A stretch of DNA of 64,000 bases from NCBI GenBank assembly GCA_951406725.2, contig OX597818.1, forward strand, positions 100,564,001 through 100,628,000, written 5' to 3'. Shown piece after piece: positions 1 through 13,761 of the stretch. The notes under the pieces are model-generated. The model searched no databases. It was not told the origin of the DNA and saw only the letters and a program-made list of their open reading frames with translations. Source of the stretch: Octopus vulgaris. Taxonomy: Eukaryota. Position 1 is the first letter of the stretch. The number at the start of each line of letters is the position of its first letter. The position numbers and the translations under genes were made by a program.

Positions 1-199
1 AAATATTTCCTACTCATTATTCGAAAAGCAAGAAGCAAAACTAAAAGAACAATGCAGCGTTATATCACTAGAAGAGAGTTTTTTTTCTCAGGCTGATGTA
101 CAACAATATCATATACATAGACATTGATAAATCATTAAACGTCTATGAAAAGTAAGAAACGATTGTAGCAGAAGATGCGGTAACACGGTAACATTAACA

Positions 200-419
200 T
201 TAGTAGCAGCGGTAACAACAACAACAACAACAACAACAGTAACAATAACAACAAACACAACAACAACAAGAGAACAAGAACTATAATAGCAATCTTTATG
301 TACAATGTAGATATCTGAACGAGAAATATTTCCGTCTTTCGTCGAGGTTAATGATCAAAGAAATATTCTATTGTTCATACATTATGCCTCAAGTATTGGA
401 AACGATAAAGTTTATAACA

Positions 420-474
<55 letters not shown>

Positions 475-530
475 GTTATTATTATTATTGGTGCTATTGT
501 TATTATTATTATTACTATTATTATTATTAC

Positions 531-591
<61 letters not shown>

Positions 592-810
592 ATTATTATC
601 ATTATTATTATTTTTATTATTATTATGATTATTATTACTATTATTATTGGTGCTACTGTTGTTGTTGTTTTTGTTGTTATTGTTGTCGTTGATGATGCTA
701 CTGATGTCAATGTTGTTATCTAAAATGATAATAACAACTGTAGCAGCAGCAACAATAGCAACAACAACAACAATAGCAGCAACAACATCGATTCCTTTAC
801 CAATCATTAC
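200..810. repeat. Compound trinucleotide microsatellites (AAC)n/(TAT)n/(GTT)n/(GCA)n
   Basis: Directly visible; accounts for the poly-Y/L/I/N ORFs at 351-813. Confidence 0.95.
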
Positions 811-849
811 CAATCATTAAGGATTTAGTAAGATCGGGGGCAGTACAGA

Positions 850-2150
850 GCAATGCAGTACGATACATCCTGGGTTATATGAAGCATAAAAAAGAGACAA
901 GAAACATGTATAAAGAAAGCAATTGAAACCATAAATATTTCCACCAAACCTGGGGGATTCAGTGCATTACTGGAGGAAACGCAACAATACTAAAGTGACG
1001 CAGATCAGTGGTGAAAATATGCACGCTATCTTGGTTAATCCACAGGCGGGGTGAGCAGGGCAAGCCATTCGATCGGACCAACATAGCAACATTCAACCAC
1101 TCTTCAAGAAATTTTCTGCAACGCAATACTTCACTTCCCTCCTACATTCCCCTTTTGAAACGAAATTTGTAAAAGCCTGTGAGGTTTTGGCAAAAGAGGA
1201 AAGTGTCCCTCTTCAGTATTTTCAGGCTTGTCCACCAGACAACTTCTTTCGCTAAGATCACCAGGCAGATAACGGTAACCTGTCTTTTGTCTTTCTCGCT
1301 GAAAGAAAGTAGCGAAGCAATCGCAATGCGCATTGATAGAAAGATCCCTTCACTATACGATAGCAAAATTTTGACATTGCAGAAATGTGTGCGGAAGTGT
1401 TTTGTTGTTTTGTGTACATCCTGAGCAGGCGCTCAGCTGACGGTATTTCCATGGTAGCTGATCTAATCTTGACGCCACGGATCCTCTTAAGAAAGCAGCC
1501 AGGCAAGAGATTTCTGGTAATTTTCCAAGAGTTTCTGCCTGAAGGTCTTCTCAAGTAAATCATCTAATTGTTTCTTTTAGATGACCAGATTCCACGTACC
1601 TTATTCTTTGGGTATTTCCGCGTCTGATATTGGCTTTCAGCAATTTAAAGTCAACCTTGCCAAGAGTCACGGTAGACCGTCCAGGCAAGCAATTATATGT
1701 ATTCCACGTTCCGGTGCTATTGATCTGTAATAATCGACAGATATGCAGTCAAAAAACTGTAAACATATGTTTGTAGTGGAGCAATATCTGTCCATTATAT
1801 TTTCACAAAAGACCGACTGATGGCTTTGTTACCACGTTGCGATTTTATCACTCGCGCAATTAAAAAGGGTCTTATCCCGTTGCATTTCAGAGCAAACGAT
1901 TTAGCACTGATAATGAAAACTTCGAGGTTTGCATTGAAGAGCAGGTAAAAGAATAATCTCAGTGAGGTGACTTAGGTTGAGATGTCCTTCACAACTTCCT
2001 CATGTAACTTATACCTTGTCACCTGCAGCTTACTAAACATTATCGGTTCTATTTTAATCACACATTTTAAGCTAAATCACCGCAGGTATTTAAAGATTTC
2101 CCACCTCGATGACTTGCTTAACTAATTTTCTAATCCGGTTTTATTAAACT
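850..2150 (-). mobile_element. Degenerate L1/Tx1-like LINE ORF2 fragments (3' part)
   Basis: Minus strand 1428-1374 reads CSGCTQNNKTLPHTFLQC (C-x2-C-x8-H-x4-C knuckle), followed by LVILAKEVVWWT, typical of Tx1/L1 ORF2 C-termini. Many stops and frameshifts; boundaries approximate. Confidence 0.6.
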
Positions 2151-2165
2151 TATTCAGATTACATC

Positions 2166-2216
<51 letters not shown>

Positions 2217-2696
2217 CCAATTAAGGACTGAACACGAAAAAGTGGACAGTCAACATGCTAGATATAGACGTCAAATCGCCATTCTCCACAAAGATTATGT
2301 TCTCAAATAAAATAAAATTCAGCACGACCCAAAGCAATAGATAAGACAAAAGAAATATACGAAATGGAATAATCACCTGTGTACCGAACGGTTTCAGTTA
2401 TTAATATCACAAGGATATCTGTAACTTCGTCAGCACAGTTTGGTATGAACATAATATGCTGTACTAGATGAAAAACGATACCGGAGTCTCGTATGCAAAA
2501 AGTACAAAAGTACAATTTTGGCGCGCTGAGACTCGAAAAACCAGCCTGCAGCTAATAATTAGCAGCAGTCAATTTATCGGTTTAAGAACACATATTTCAT
2601 ATTTAAAAATTAAGGGTAAAAATTGATTCTTTTTAATGTGCTAGACCACTGGTTTTAATTGACTAATATCAATTTTTACCCTTAATTTTTAAATAT
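2217..2696 (-). mobile_element. Small non-coding Penelope-like/retrozyme-like element between (TA)n tracts
   Basis: Contains a complete hammerhead motif (2377-2438) and a perfect 29-bp terminal inverted repeat (2599-2627/2668-2696); flanked by TA microsatellite. Confidence 0.55.
2377..2438 (-). ncRNA. Type I hammerhead ribozyme motif
   Basis: Minus strand: CUGUG-CUGACGA-AGUUA(...)UAACU-GAAA-CCG-UU-CGG-UA-CACAG. All core nucleotides present, stems I, II and III pair, GUA cleavage triplet. Confidence 0.8.
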
Positions 2697-3078
2697 ATAT
2701 ATGTATATATATACTAAGAGCCGACAGATTACTCTATCTCGAAACGGTCTGACTGTCGCGTAGGGACTTATCTGCATCCACTTTGGTACATTTTGGAAAA
2801 AGCAGCAGTGCCTGTCCCACAATGGGAGTCATCTGAGTTATTATACGAGGCTTTTGCACGTTCGTCTCCTGATAGTCCGCGTTACAGTCTCCAAATGATC
2901 AGCATTAGAACATGCTCGCCAAAAGTGGGGAGGAAAGAAATAATCTGTTACTTTTATTCCTAGGAAAGAACAGATCTCTCCTCCCTCTGGTTGGTTGTGA
3001 TTGTTTCCACAATCGTTTCTTTATGTGTGTGTGAGTGTGTATGTGTTTCTGTGTTTGTGTTTTTGCGCGTGTTTATGT

Positions 3079-3109
<31 letters not shown>

Positions 3110-3539
3110 ACTGTGTATTTCTCCTGAAATCTCATTTAGGCTATATATTTTTGAAAATATGCTTTATGATATTTCATGAATATTATATGTCCTGGATGGT
3201 TTTATAAAATATAGCTATTGTGTGTACTTAAGGTTTGTGTGTTACATTACGTGACCCATTAGTTTGTGTTGCATGCGTCTCTGGTCGTGTAGTTAATGAT
3301 TTCCGCTTTTTATCCGTGTTGGGACTTGTCACGTGACTATTATGAAAGTGAATTGGATTGCTGCAATTGTAATGGTGGTGAATGCGTTTGTAGTGTTGGT
3401 GGCTTTCACAGTACTGCACTAACTGCTCCTACGGGTGTATTGATGCAACGTTGTTCCAAAGCATTCGGTCTACGTTTACATATCTCCTTGTTTTGTTCAA
3501 GATTATTGCTTTGTTTTCCTTTTCTTTTCGTTAATAACT

Positions 3540-4140
3540 CTTTTACCATTTAATCTCCTTGGCGTCACCATCACCAAACGACCTAATCTGGATTGGTGAG
3601 GAACATAACTTGTGGGGAAAAAACTGTTCAGCTGTTGGCATGTCATACTTGTTGTTTGAATCTGTTGTTATTCTGACTGTTTTTGTGATGTGATATCCCT
3701 CGGTGGCGGTGTATTTCCTTTCATTTTTTTTTTATTGTTTTTCGTTTTCGGTGGTGTTGTTTTTATTTCTCTCGTCACTGTTTCCAGTCTTTTATCCGAT
3801 GTTGCAATACAAGTTGCTGAGTTTGCATGATGTCGTTTTATCTGTTTTATCCGTTTGTGTTTATGATTGTGATTGCTGCTGTTATGTCTCCAGCCCCATC
3901 CCAATATAATTTTCCGATAGGGATCCTTTTATTTCTAGCATCCTGCTAGTGACCTTAGAAGCCACACGTTTAACAACTCGCTGGAAGTCTAGTTCTTTTG
4001 ATATATATGAGATTTTACACTCCTCCTTCTCCGTTACAGATTAATTGTAATAGGTACAAAAAAAAATTCCGTCATTTGTGGAACAGCAGAATGGTTCTAA
4101 GGTAGGACTTCCAGGTTGAAAATAACTCGGTTGCATTCTA
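3540..4140 (-). mobile_element. Probable degenerate LINE ORF1 relic (Tx1/L1-like)
   Basis: Minus strand near 3940-3985 reads SC*TCGF*GH (decayed CCHC knuckle), followed by a low-complexity T/K/Q tail; same orientation as the 850-2150 ORF2 relic. Confidence 0.35.
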
Positions 4141-4273
4141 ATCCACAGAGTACTGTTGAGTTAGTTTCTGGGTAAACATTTCTGAAATAGAATTCCGCCC
4201 GCTATGAAAGTATACACTCATATCATTTATAAGCATCTATACAAAATTTTATGCTGTCTATTTGGTATAAAGT

Positions 4274-4523
4274 GGATGCGCGTGGCTTAGTGGTTAGGGT
4301 GTGAGCATCATGATCGTAAGATTGTGATTTCGATTCCTGGACCGGGTGACGCGTTGTTTTCTTGAGCAAAACACTTATTTCCCGTTGCTCCAGTCCACTC
4401 AGCTGGCAAAAATGAGTAACGTTGCGATGGACTGGCGTCCCGTCCAGTTGGGGTAACACATACGCCATTGAAACGGGGAAACCGGGCCCATGAGCCTGGC
4501 TAGGCTTTAAAATAGGCGCATTT
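4274..4523 (+). mobile_element. tRNA-derived SINE with V-domain-like central segment
   Basis: A box GTGGCTTAGTGG, B-box-like TTCGATTCC, then GCGATGGACTGGCGTCCCGTCCAG (V-SINE-like), (TAT)n tail. Confidence 0.75.
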
Positions 4524-5569
4524 ATTATTATTATTATTATTATTATTTTTATTTGGTATAAAATGCGTTGTATTATATTGAGCGCTACGTTTCTCTTTGT
4601 TCGTCTTGATGTATTTCTCGGCTTCTAAATGTTCATGTTTTTACTGAGTGCATCAAAGTCGGAAACTTTTGTTATCTAAGTACAAAATTTTTGCTGTCTT
4701 TCATTGCTTATGTTACTCTTACTGCTTCTGTTGCCATTGTTATCTAGTGCTTTTCTCGCTGCTGCTGCTGGCGCCTTTGATATCATTGTTGTTGTTATTT
4801 TGTTAATGTTCTATTTTTACTTTTTATGCTTCACTCGCTTGCCGATGTATCAATTGTTCAATTGTTTGAACTTTGAACTTTCAGCGATAAAATCATCACC
4901 CCCACCCTCTTTCCTTGCATGAGCATAATTCCCTCTTAGAAGTCTTCCTGCTGCTACTGTTTTAGATTTTCTTGGTATTGTTTTCGAAGTTATTTCTCTT
5001 ATTACTATTATTGTGCAAATTATTTGCAGATCAAAATCTCAACTCTTGAAAATAAATCTTCTGTCCTGCCGTATTTAACATAAGTATTTGTTTGACAACT
5101 TCAACCCCTCTCTTCAGTTTGCTGGCTGCTGATTCGACGAAATTTTTTCAAAGACTTTCTTGCAGAGTCAAATGTTTAAAGAAATTTGAGTTCAAAAAGC
5201 GTCCGAAGTAGTAAGGCCACGCAGCCCTATTTAGTCTGGTTGGTTTGCATAAACATTATATAACACGATCTCACGAATTAACAACTGTTTAGCGTATACA
5301 TAGACGAACAAACTTAGGTGTCACGCGAAGCAACGTCTGACTGTGACTATAACAACAAGGATGATGGGGTTTCTCTCTACTCCAGGTACATGGTCTGTGA
5401 TATTTGGGAAGAAAATAATCGATTACATCGACGCCGATGCTTCAAAGGTATTTATTTTCTAGAATCCCCAGAAAGATGACGGGCATAATCGACTTTGGTT
5501 GGATTTGTATCCAGAGTGTAAATGCATAGGAAATACTGCTGAGCTTTCTACCCGGCATGCTAATGATTT

Positions 5570-5801
5570 TTATTTCTTTAATTCCCACAAGGAGCTAAAC
5601 AGAGGGGAAAACAAGGACAGACAAAGGTATTAAGTCGATTACATCGACCCTAGTGCGTAACTTGTGCTTAAGTTATCGACCCCGAAAGGATGAAAGGAAA
5701 AGTCGGTTTTCAGCGGAATTTGAACTCAGAACATAAAGACAGACGAAATGCCGCCAAACATTCCGCACAGCGTGCTAACGATTCTGCTAGCCCCCCACCT
5801 T
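5570..5801 (-). mobile_element. tRNA-derived SINE with Meta/MESC-like domain
   Basis: Reverse complement matches the 30937 and 41237 copies (GAGTTCAAATTCCGC...CCTTTCATCCTTTCGGGGTCGATAA); a more decayed copy adjoins at ~5385-5565. Confidence 0.8.
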
Positions 5802-7418
5802 ACATATTGATGCAATGAGATTATATATTTCATAAAGTATACATACAAAATATGTAGGTTATATTAGCCACACTTGTAATGATTTTAATTTTTGATTCTG
5901 CTTTCTTATGTGCACTAGGTACTAAAAACCAATAGCGACCAAACAGAATAAGGAACCGGTCTAAGCACGCAAACACTCACGACATAGATACACATATACA
6001 TATACGTACATATATGCATCAGTTTATCTGTCTCTCCACACTCTCTCACTATGTGTTTATATATGTGTATTTATATGTATATATGTGTTTGTGAAAACTT
6101 TTGGAGAAAGACATCTAGCAATCTATGGAAATTATATTATTTCTCACTGCCTGCTAATTTGAACAGGAACTTTGTTGATATTTTGTGGCAGTTTTACAAT
6201 CAAGCTCTCTACGAATGCATTCAACTGGATTTGACCAACAATAAGGCCAAACGTGTAGAAATAATGGTTGATTTAATTTGGCGGTGGCAGAAAGAATAAT
6301 GTGAAATTACTTTGAGTACACACAACTAATGTGTTAAACCAATGTGGGAATGTGCTAAGACAAAGTAAATGCACTTTTACGGTGAGATAACGTGTTAATT
6401 AAAGCACCAGAATATAACTTATGGACTATATAGTATCACTCACGCCGCAGTACGTCACTCTGAATTATATCTAGGTGCGTAAATGAAATAATTTACAGAG
6501 AAATGCTAATTGTGAATAATCGGAGCGGCAATCTTGTGAATTTTTATATGTACCAAAAATATAAGAACATATCTGATTCAACATGGGGACTCATATGAGT
6601 ATAATAATTAATATAATTATTAATAATTAGCGAGATATGCTAAACCAGGCTATCGCAGAATAATAAAAAAAAAAGCAATGATGAATATTATTTAAATGCA
6701 AATATTAATACAGGTCAATATTTGTAGCTGGAAAGAGTGAAAATAAACAGGTTTAATAAAAATGTGAGAGTAATTTCTAATCTATATCCTAATAACAATT
6801 ATAATATAATAGCATTTATGATAAGGGAAATCTATTGAAAAGTATCGGAATCAGAAAATTTACATATGTTGTCTTATATGATTTAATTTATTGATTTCTT
6901 GAATATTAGATTTCGGATGTTACAAATATCCTAAATAGTATGACGAGGTACGTTTGGGGATAAACTCATAAAATATTTTGATGAATATTTAATCACATTT
7001 TCTTATTATTGGATAGTAATATTATGAAGCCACTAGGAATAACGAGGAACACAGCATTAGCACTATCATTAGTTTCCACCTCAACCTCCCAGAAAAATAA
7101 AGATAAAAAGGAAAGAGGAAACTCACTTAGCAACTCCTTCATATATTTCCTCGGACTTGTACTGGAGTTCTTAATCAATAGATTGCACTGTAGTTAGAAG
7201 AGATTATGGAATCCCATTACGGAATTGACATACCTCAACTAGAGCGTTCTACTGCTCAGGGAGTGCTTTCATTGCAGTAATGCAGAGCGTGTATATTAAT
7301 TTGAATTAAGATTAAAGTACACGTCGAACCATAAACATATACGTACACACACAGACACAGACACAGACACGCACACAAACACGCACACACACACACACAT
7401 ACACACACACATACACAA

Positions 7419-7487
<69 letters not shown>

Positions 7488-8819
7488 CTCACATACATGA
7501 CCCCAATAATGAAGCTGAATATGGTGAAATAATATAGTGGATAGAGTAACTGATTCACATTCAAATTACTCCCTGCTATCAGAAGACCATTAAAAAAATA
7601 TATATTAGAATATATAACCAGTAGTGACTGTCGTTGTTGAAGCGTCTTAATTATATGTCTGCTCCATTAGGATCAACTTGAAATAATATATAAAAAAAGA
7701 AAAGGTAACTTGAATAGAGATTTAAGCAGAGAGACCCAGAAACTCTCACAAAGAAGTATACTAACAACGCAAATTCTAACATTCGTTAATGATCAAACGA
7801 AAAATATAGATAAAAAAAATATATTGTAATATCTAGATGTTCTTTTCGAACTAGCTCCACTGTCACATACACACATACCATACATCTCAGGACGACCAGA
7901 CACTATTCGAAAGGATAGATATATGATATATATGATGTTGATTCGTCTCTGACTTTCTCTTTGCATGAAATGACAAAAGATATATCTTTGGTTTAGCGGC
8001 TCCAAAAGTACAACACAAATGAATATATTTTCGCAAATATTACGTTGTTCAAAATAAAACAACAAAATAGAAAATACGTATGTTGAAAATACTATCAAAA
8101 GATCAAAGGAACTATGTCAACATACTGAGTCCTAATCTTCATTAACTTTAACAATATAACGTGAAAAATAATAACGATATTCCTTTATTTTATAGGCATA
8201 AGGCCTGGAAATTTAAGGGAAAGGTATAGTTGACTACAGTAACTCCAGAGTTCAACTGGTCCTTATTTTATCGTCCCCAGAAGTCGACAAGGAAGGCAAT
8301 TAATCACACATTTAAGAAACTGATAAAATAACTTTAAGGCTTTTGTCCGGCGTGTTATCGATTATGTGGGATAACGAATACTGAAGTATCAGAGAACTTA
8401 GCATAACACATAAAAGAAATGATCACCAGTAGATTTCTTTTCAATTATGCAAGGAGGAACTCAGAGTGACATACCAAACCCGCAGAGACTATTCCAAAAT
8501 GCCAATAATCTTCAGGAGAACTACCAAATCAAGGATGTTTGTATGTAATTTATAGGGTGCAGCCTGAAAGAAAGTTTCTGCTAAACATTGACGTATAGTG
8601 TTTATATGAGGATGTTGTCGTACATCAACAGCACCGCCAACACCAACTTCACCGTAGGCACCAATAGTATTTATTGACAACAGCATCAGCCACAAAAGCA
8701 GTAGGAGGCACGACAGCAGTGACAACAGCAACAGCAAAAAGAAAATCTGTGTCAAGAACAACCTTAATAACATAAAGGTCAACAGCGACAACAGATACAA
8801 CAACATCAACAACAACGAC

Positions 8820-10009
<1,190 letters not shown>

Positions 10010-10881
10010 CATATAGATTATAATTTCTACTACATTCGTGAAAAAGTCAATAATGACTACGAGAACGAGAAATATAGATAATGCTAAAAGAGGGATGGAC
10101 CAAGGAGACAATGTCGAGGATGTAAACGCAAGCAGCGAGAATGCGGATAGAAATATGCTATGAGATTAAATACACATGAAAGGACCAAATCAAAAAATAT
10201 GGCATATGAGGAAAGCAGATGGATGGGAGAGGATGAACAAAATAAATCAAAATACGCATAACTGCATGAAGAGCCAAAATATGAAAAAATATATATATAC
10301 AAAATATTAAAGTATGCAATTTTAAAGACCGAGCTCTTTAACCATGACTCCCGTGCAAATATGAGAAGAAAAAACAAAAAAACAAAACAGACAGGAAAAT
10401 TTCAAGAAGGAAGAAGGTTTAAACTAATACGTAAGCAAAAATCCAAAGAAATAGAAGAGTAACAGAAATACAGAAATATAGAATAGTGAACAAAATAAAA
10501 TAAAGTGAACATAAAATGCAATAAAGATAAGTCCATGTAAATGAATGTTAAAGAATATGAAAGATAAGAGGAATATGATATCTAGATGTATACTACATAT
10601 GTATATATGGAAGAATATTTATATATATATATATACATATATATATACATATATTGATATATATATATATATATATATCGATATGTATGTATGTGTGTGT
10701 GTGCAAGTAGCTGTGTACTTATACGAATTATACATAGACATATATTCATGTGCCCATACATGAATTTCTGTATACATGAAGACAGATATGCATTATATAT
10801 ATACATACATACACACGCACACGCACACATAATTAGTGTATTCACACGCTTATAAATGTTAGACTGTGTTAATCTGTGTAC

Positions 10882-10922
<41 letters not shown>

Positions 10923-11686
10923 CATGTGTCTGTGTGTATGTACACGTGCCTGAATATGTGCTTGTTATATAAGTTTGTGTGTGAGTGTGTGTTTGGATGT
11001 AAATTTATAGTGTTAAAATGTGGCGTGAAATGAACGATAAGAATTTTAGATGGGTGCTCATAACCGTGTAATTCGGTCTTGTAAGCAAAGAGATAGTTGA
11101 TTGCAACTTCAGTGTGGCATAAACTCGCCAGAATCAAAGGAAAGATAAATAGCGCAAGATTAAAAGAAACTGTTATAACGTGAAACCATTACCGACGCCA
11201 GTGTTGTTGGTTGTATTTGGTGGTCCTGCAAAGATTAGTGGAGAGAAATTCAGGGAGGAATAATGCTAGAATAATGCTAGAGATTGACTGGAATATTATT
11301 GGTTAATTCCTATGTTGTAAATACTGTAACTATCAACTCATTATGAAATTGCCATGTTATTGTTAAAAAACAAAAACCCGTGATTATTGCGAAAACCTGT
11401 TTGCCATCTCAACGTTGCAGTCCTTGGCAGGACGATGTTACTACAATTTAGCCCCAAGAAGATCATCTCTTCCGGCTGGTTACTGACGCATGGTATACGA
11501 CGACGATGATCATCATTATCATCACCATCATCACCATCATCATCATCGACAGCCACTCTTAAGACAGTTCAACACAGAAAACCATGTTGCATGAAAGAGC
11601 AATTCACTCGTTGCCAATGTAGATATGTATCTGCAGCATCTTGTATAACTCTACGCATGTTTCTATCTATCTATAATTTATATCCA

Positions 11687-11851
11687 GGCGTAGGAGTAGC
11701 TGTGTAGTAAGTTTCTTGCTTACCAACCACACGGTTCTGGGTTCAGTCCTACTGCGTGGCACCTTTGGCAAGTGTCCTCTACTATAACCTCGGGCCGACC
11801 AAAAACTTGTGAGTGGATTTGGTAAACGGACACTGAAAGAAGCTCGTTGTA

Positions 11852-11916
<65 letters not shown>

Positions 11917-12137
11917 GTAAGTATGTGTGTATATTTTTCTGCGACTCTGTTTGTCCCTCTAACTTCGCTTGACAACCGATGGTGGTGTATTTACGTCCCA
12001 GTAACTTAGCGGTTCGGCAAAAGATACCGATAGTATAAGTACTAGGCTTACAAAGAATAAATCCATTTGCTCGACTAAAGGCGGTTCTCCAGCCGGGCCA
12101 TAGTCAAATGACTGAAACAAGAAAAAGAGTAAAAGAG
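11687..12137 (+). mobile_element. tRNA-derived CORE-like SINE (dominant family)
   Basis: Head GGCGTAGGAGTAGCTGTGTAGTAAG...GGTTCAGTCC, core GCACCTTTGGCAAGTG, internal (TA)n, tail ...AGTCAAATGACTGAAAC; near-identical copies elsewhere in the window. Confidence 0.85.
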
Positions 12138-12375
12138 TATATATACAAATTACACACACGCACACGCACATAATCATACGTAGGCATCAACTTTATTTTT
12201 ATCACGATATTGTCTTTCAACGCATTATTTTCATTATTTTGAAATGATAGCAAGCATCGTGAACACAACGCAACGCTCGGTCTGGGAATCGAACCCAAGT
12301 TTTTGCAATCATGATTACAACACCCTAATCACTAAACCATGCGCCTTTACACACTCACACACACACACGTATATA

Positions 12376-13660
12376 CGAGGGGCGTTCAATATGTAATGTC
12401 CCTGACGCACTTGCAGTTGTTTGATCTAGATTTTGCATGTGCAATTACTGATAACGCTATAGATGAAGTGGCAAATCACAGCTCTTAACTAATTGTGGTT
12501 TCCGATTTACAGGTGTTTGAACTGAGTCATGTGTGAAATGGAGACTGTTGAGTGTCGAGCAGTGATCCGGTTTTTGTATTTGAAAGGACGCACACCACGG
12601 AAGACGTTTGATGAAATGAAAGTAATTTATGGTGATGATGCCCCATCATATGCCCTTCTAAAACGCTGGCATCGTGAATTCAAACATGGTCGGAACTCTG
12701 TGGAAACAGCTCCCAGATCTGGTCGCCCCCCTTCTGCCATTGATGAGGCATCTGTCCGTCAAGTTGAGGCTGCCATTTTGGGAGATCGACGCATATCTAT
12801 TCGCCAAATAGCCCATGAGGTCAAGATTAGTACCGGGTCTTTGGAAACTATCATTCATTACCATTTGCATATGCAAAAAGTGTCTGCCAGATGGATTCCC
12901 AGGTTGCTCACACCTTTCCAGAAGCAAGAACGCGTCGAGTGCTTGTGGATGAATTTGGAGATGTGCCAAGAAGATGAGTCAAAATTTTTCAAAAGACTGA
13001 TTACACATGATGAAACCTGGGTCCATCACTATGATCCAGAGACCAAAGCCCAGTCAATGCAGTGGAAGCACCCGGACTCACCTCCTCCAAAGACGGCAAG
13101 GGTGCAGCCCTCCGTTGGCAAGGTCATACTCACAGTCTTCTGGGACCAGGACGGAGTAGTAATGACAAATTTCCTGGCAAAGTTACCACAATGACAGGAG
13201 CCTATTATGCTTCACTTTTGAGGAAATTAAGAGAAGCTATCAAAATCAAGAGGCGGAGCAAGATCAGCAAAGGCCTCCTCCTCCTGCAGGACAACGCTCC
13301 GGTCCACGACTCGCTTGTCGCCAGATCAGATACACAGGCGTGCGGCTATGAACTCCTCCCCCATCCCCCTACTCTCCTGACCTTGCACCCTCTGATTTTC
13401 ACCTCTTCCCAGCCATGAAGTTGTTTTTGAAAGGAAAGCGTTTCCCAGATGATGCAGCCTTGATTTTTAAAGTCACGTCGAGGTTGGAGGACCAAGCTGG
13501 GGTCTTCTACAAAAACGGTCTCCAGAGCTGCATCATACGATGGGAGAAATGCGTAACTCTGGGTAGTTTCTATGTAGAAAAAGACTGATAACTGTGTCAA
13601 GTTCCGTTGCTCTACTGCTATGCAAAGGGGGACAGGGACATTACTTATTGAACGCCCCTC

Positions 13661-13661
<1 letters not shown>
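12376..13661 (+). mobile_element. Full-length mariner (DD34D) transposon
   Basis: ~29-bp TIRs CGAGGGGCGTTCAATA(T/A)GTAATGTCCCTG, TA on both sides, 1286 bp. Confidence 0.95.
12529..13588 (+). pseudogene. Mariner transposase with two frameshifts
   Basis: WIPRLL, THDETWVHHYDP, LQDNAPVH, HPPYSPDLAPSDF motifs; frameshifts near 13181 and in the C-run near 13365. Confidence 0.9.
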
Positions 13662-13747
<86 letters not shown>

Positions 13748-13761
13748 TACAATTATATATA

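Noticed and set aside
351-813. Homopolymeric ORFs (poly-Y/L/I/N) and the many [12 protein letters not shown] ORFs throughout
   Set aside because: They are translations of microsatellites with no coding signature.
6167-6299. Possible terminal exon after a ...TTTGAACAG acceptor
   Set aside because: No partner exon, ambiguous frame and no recognisable motif.
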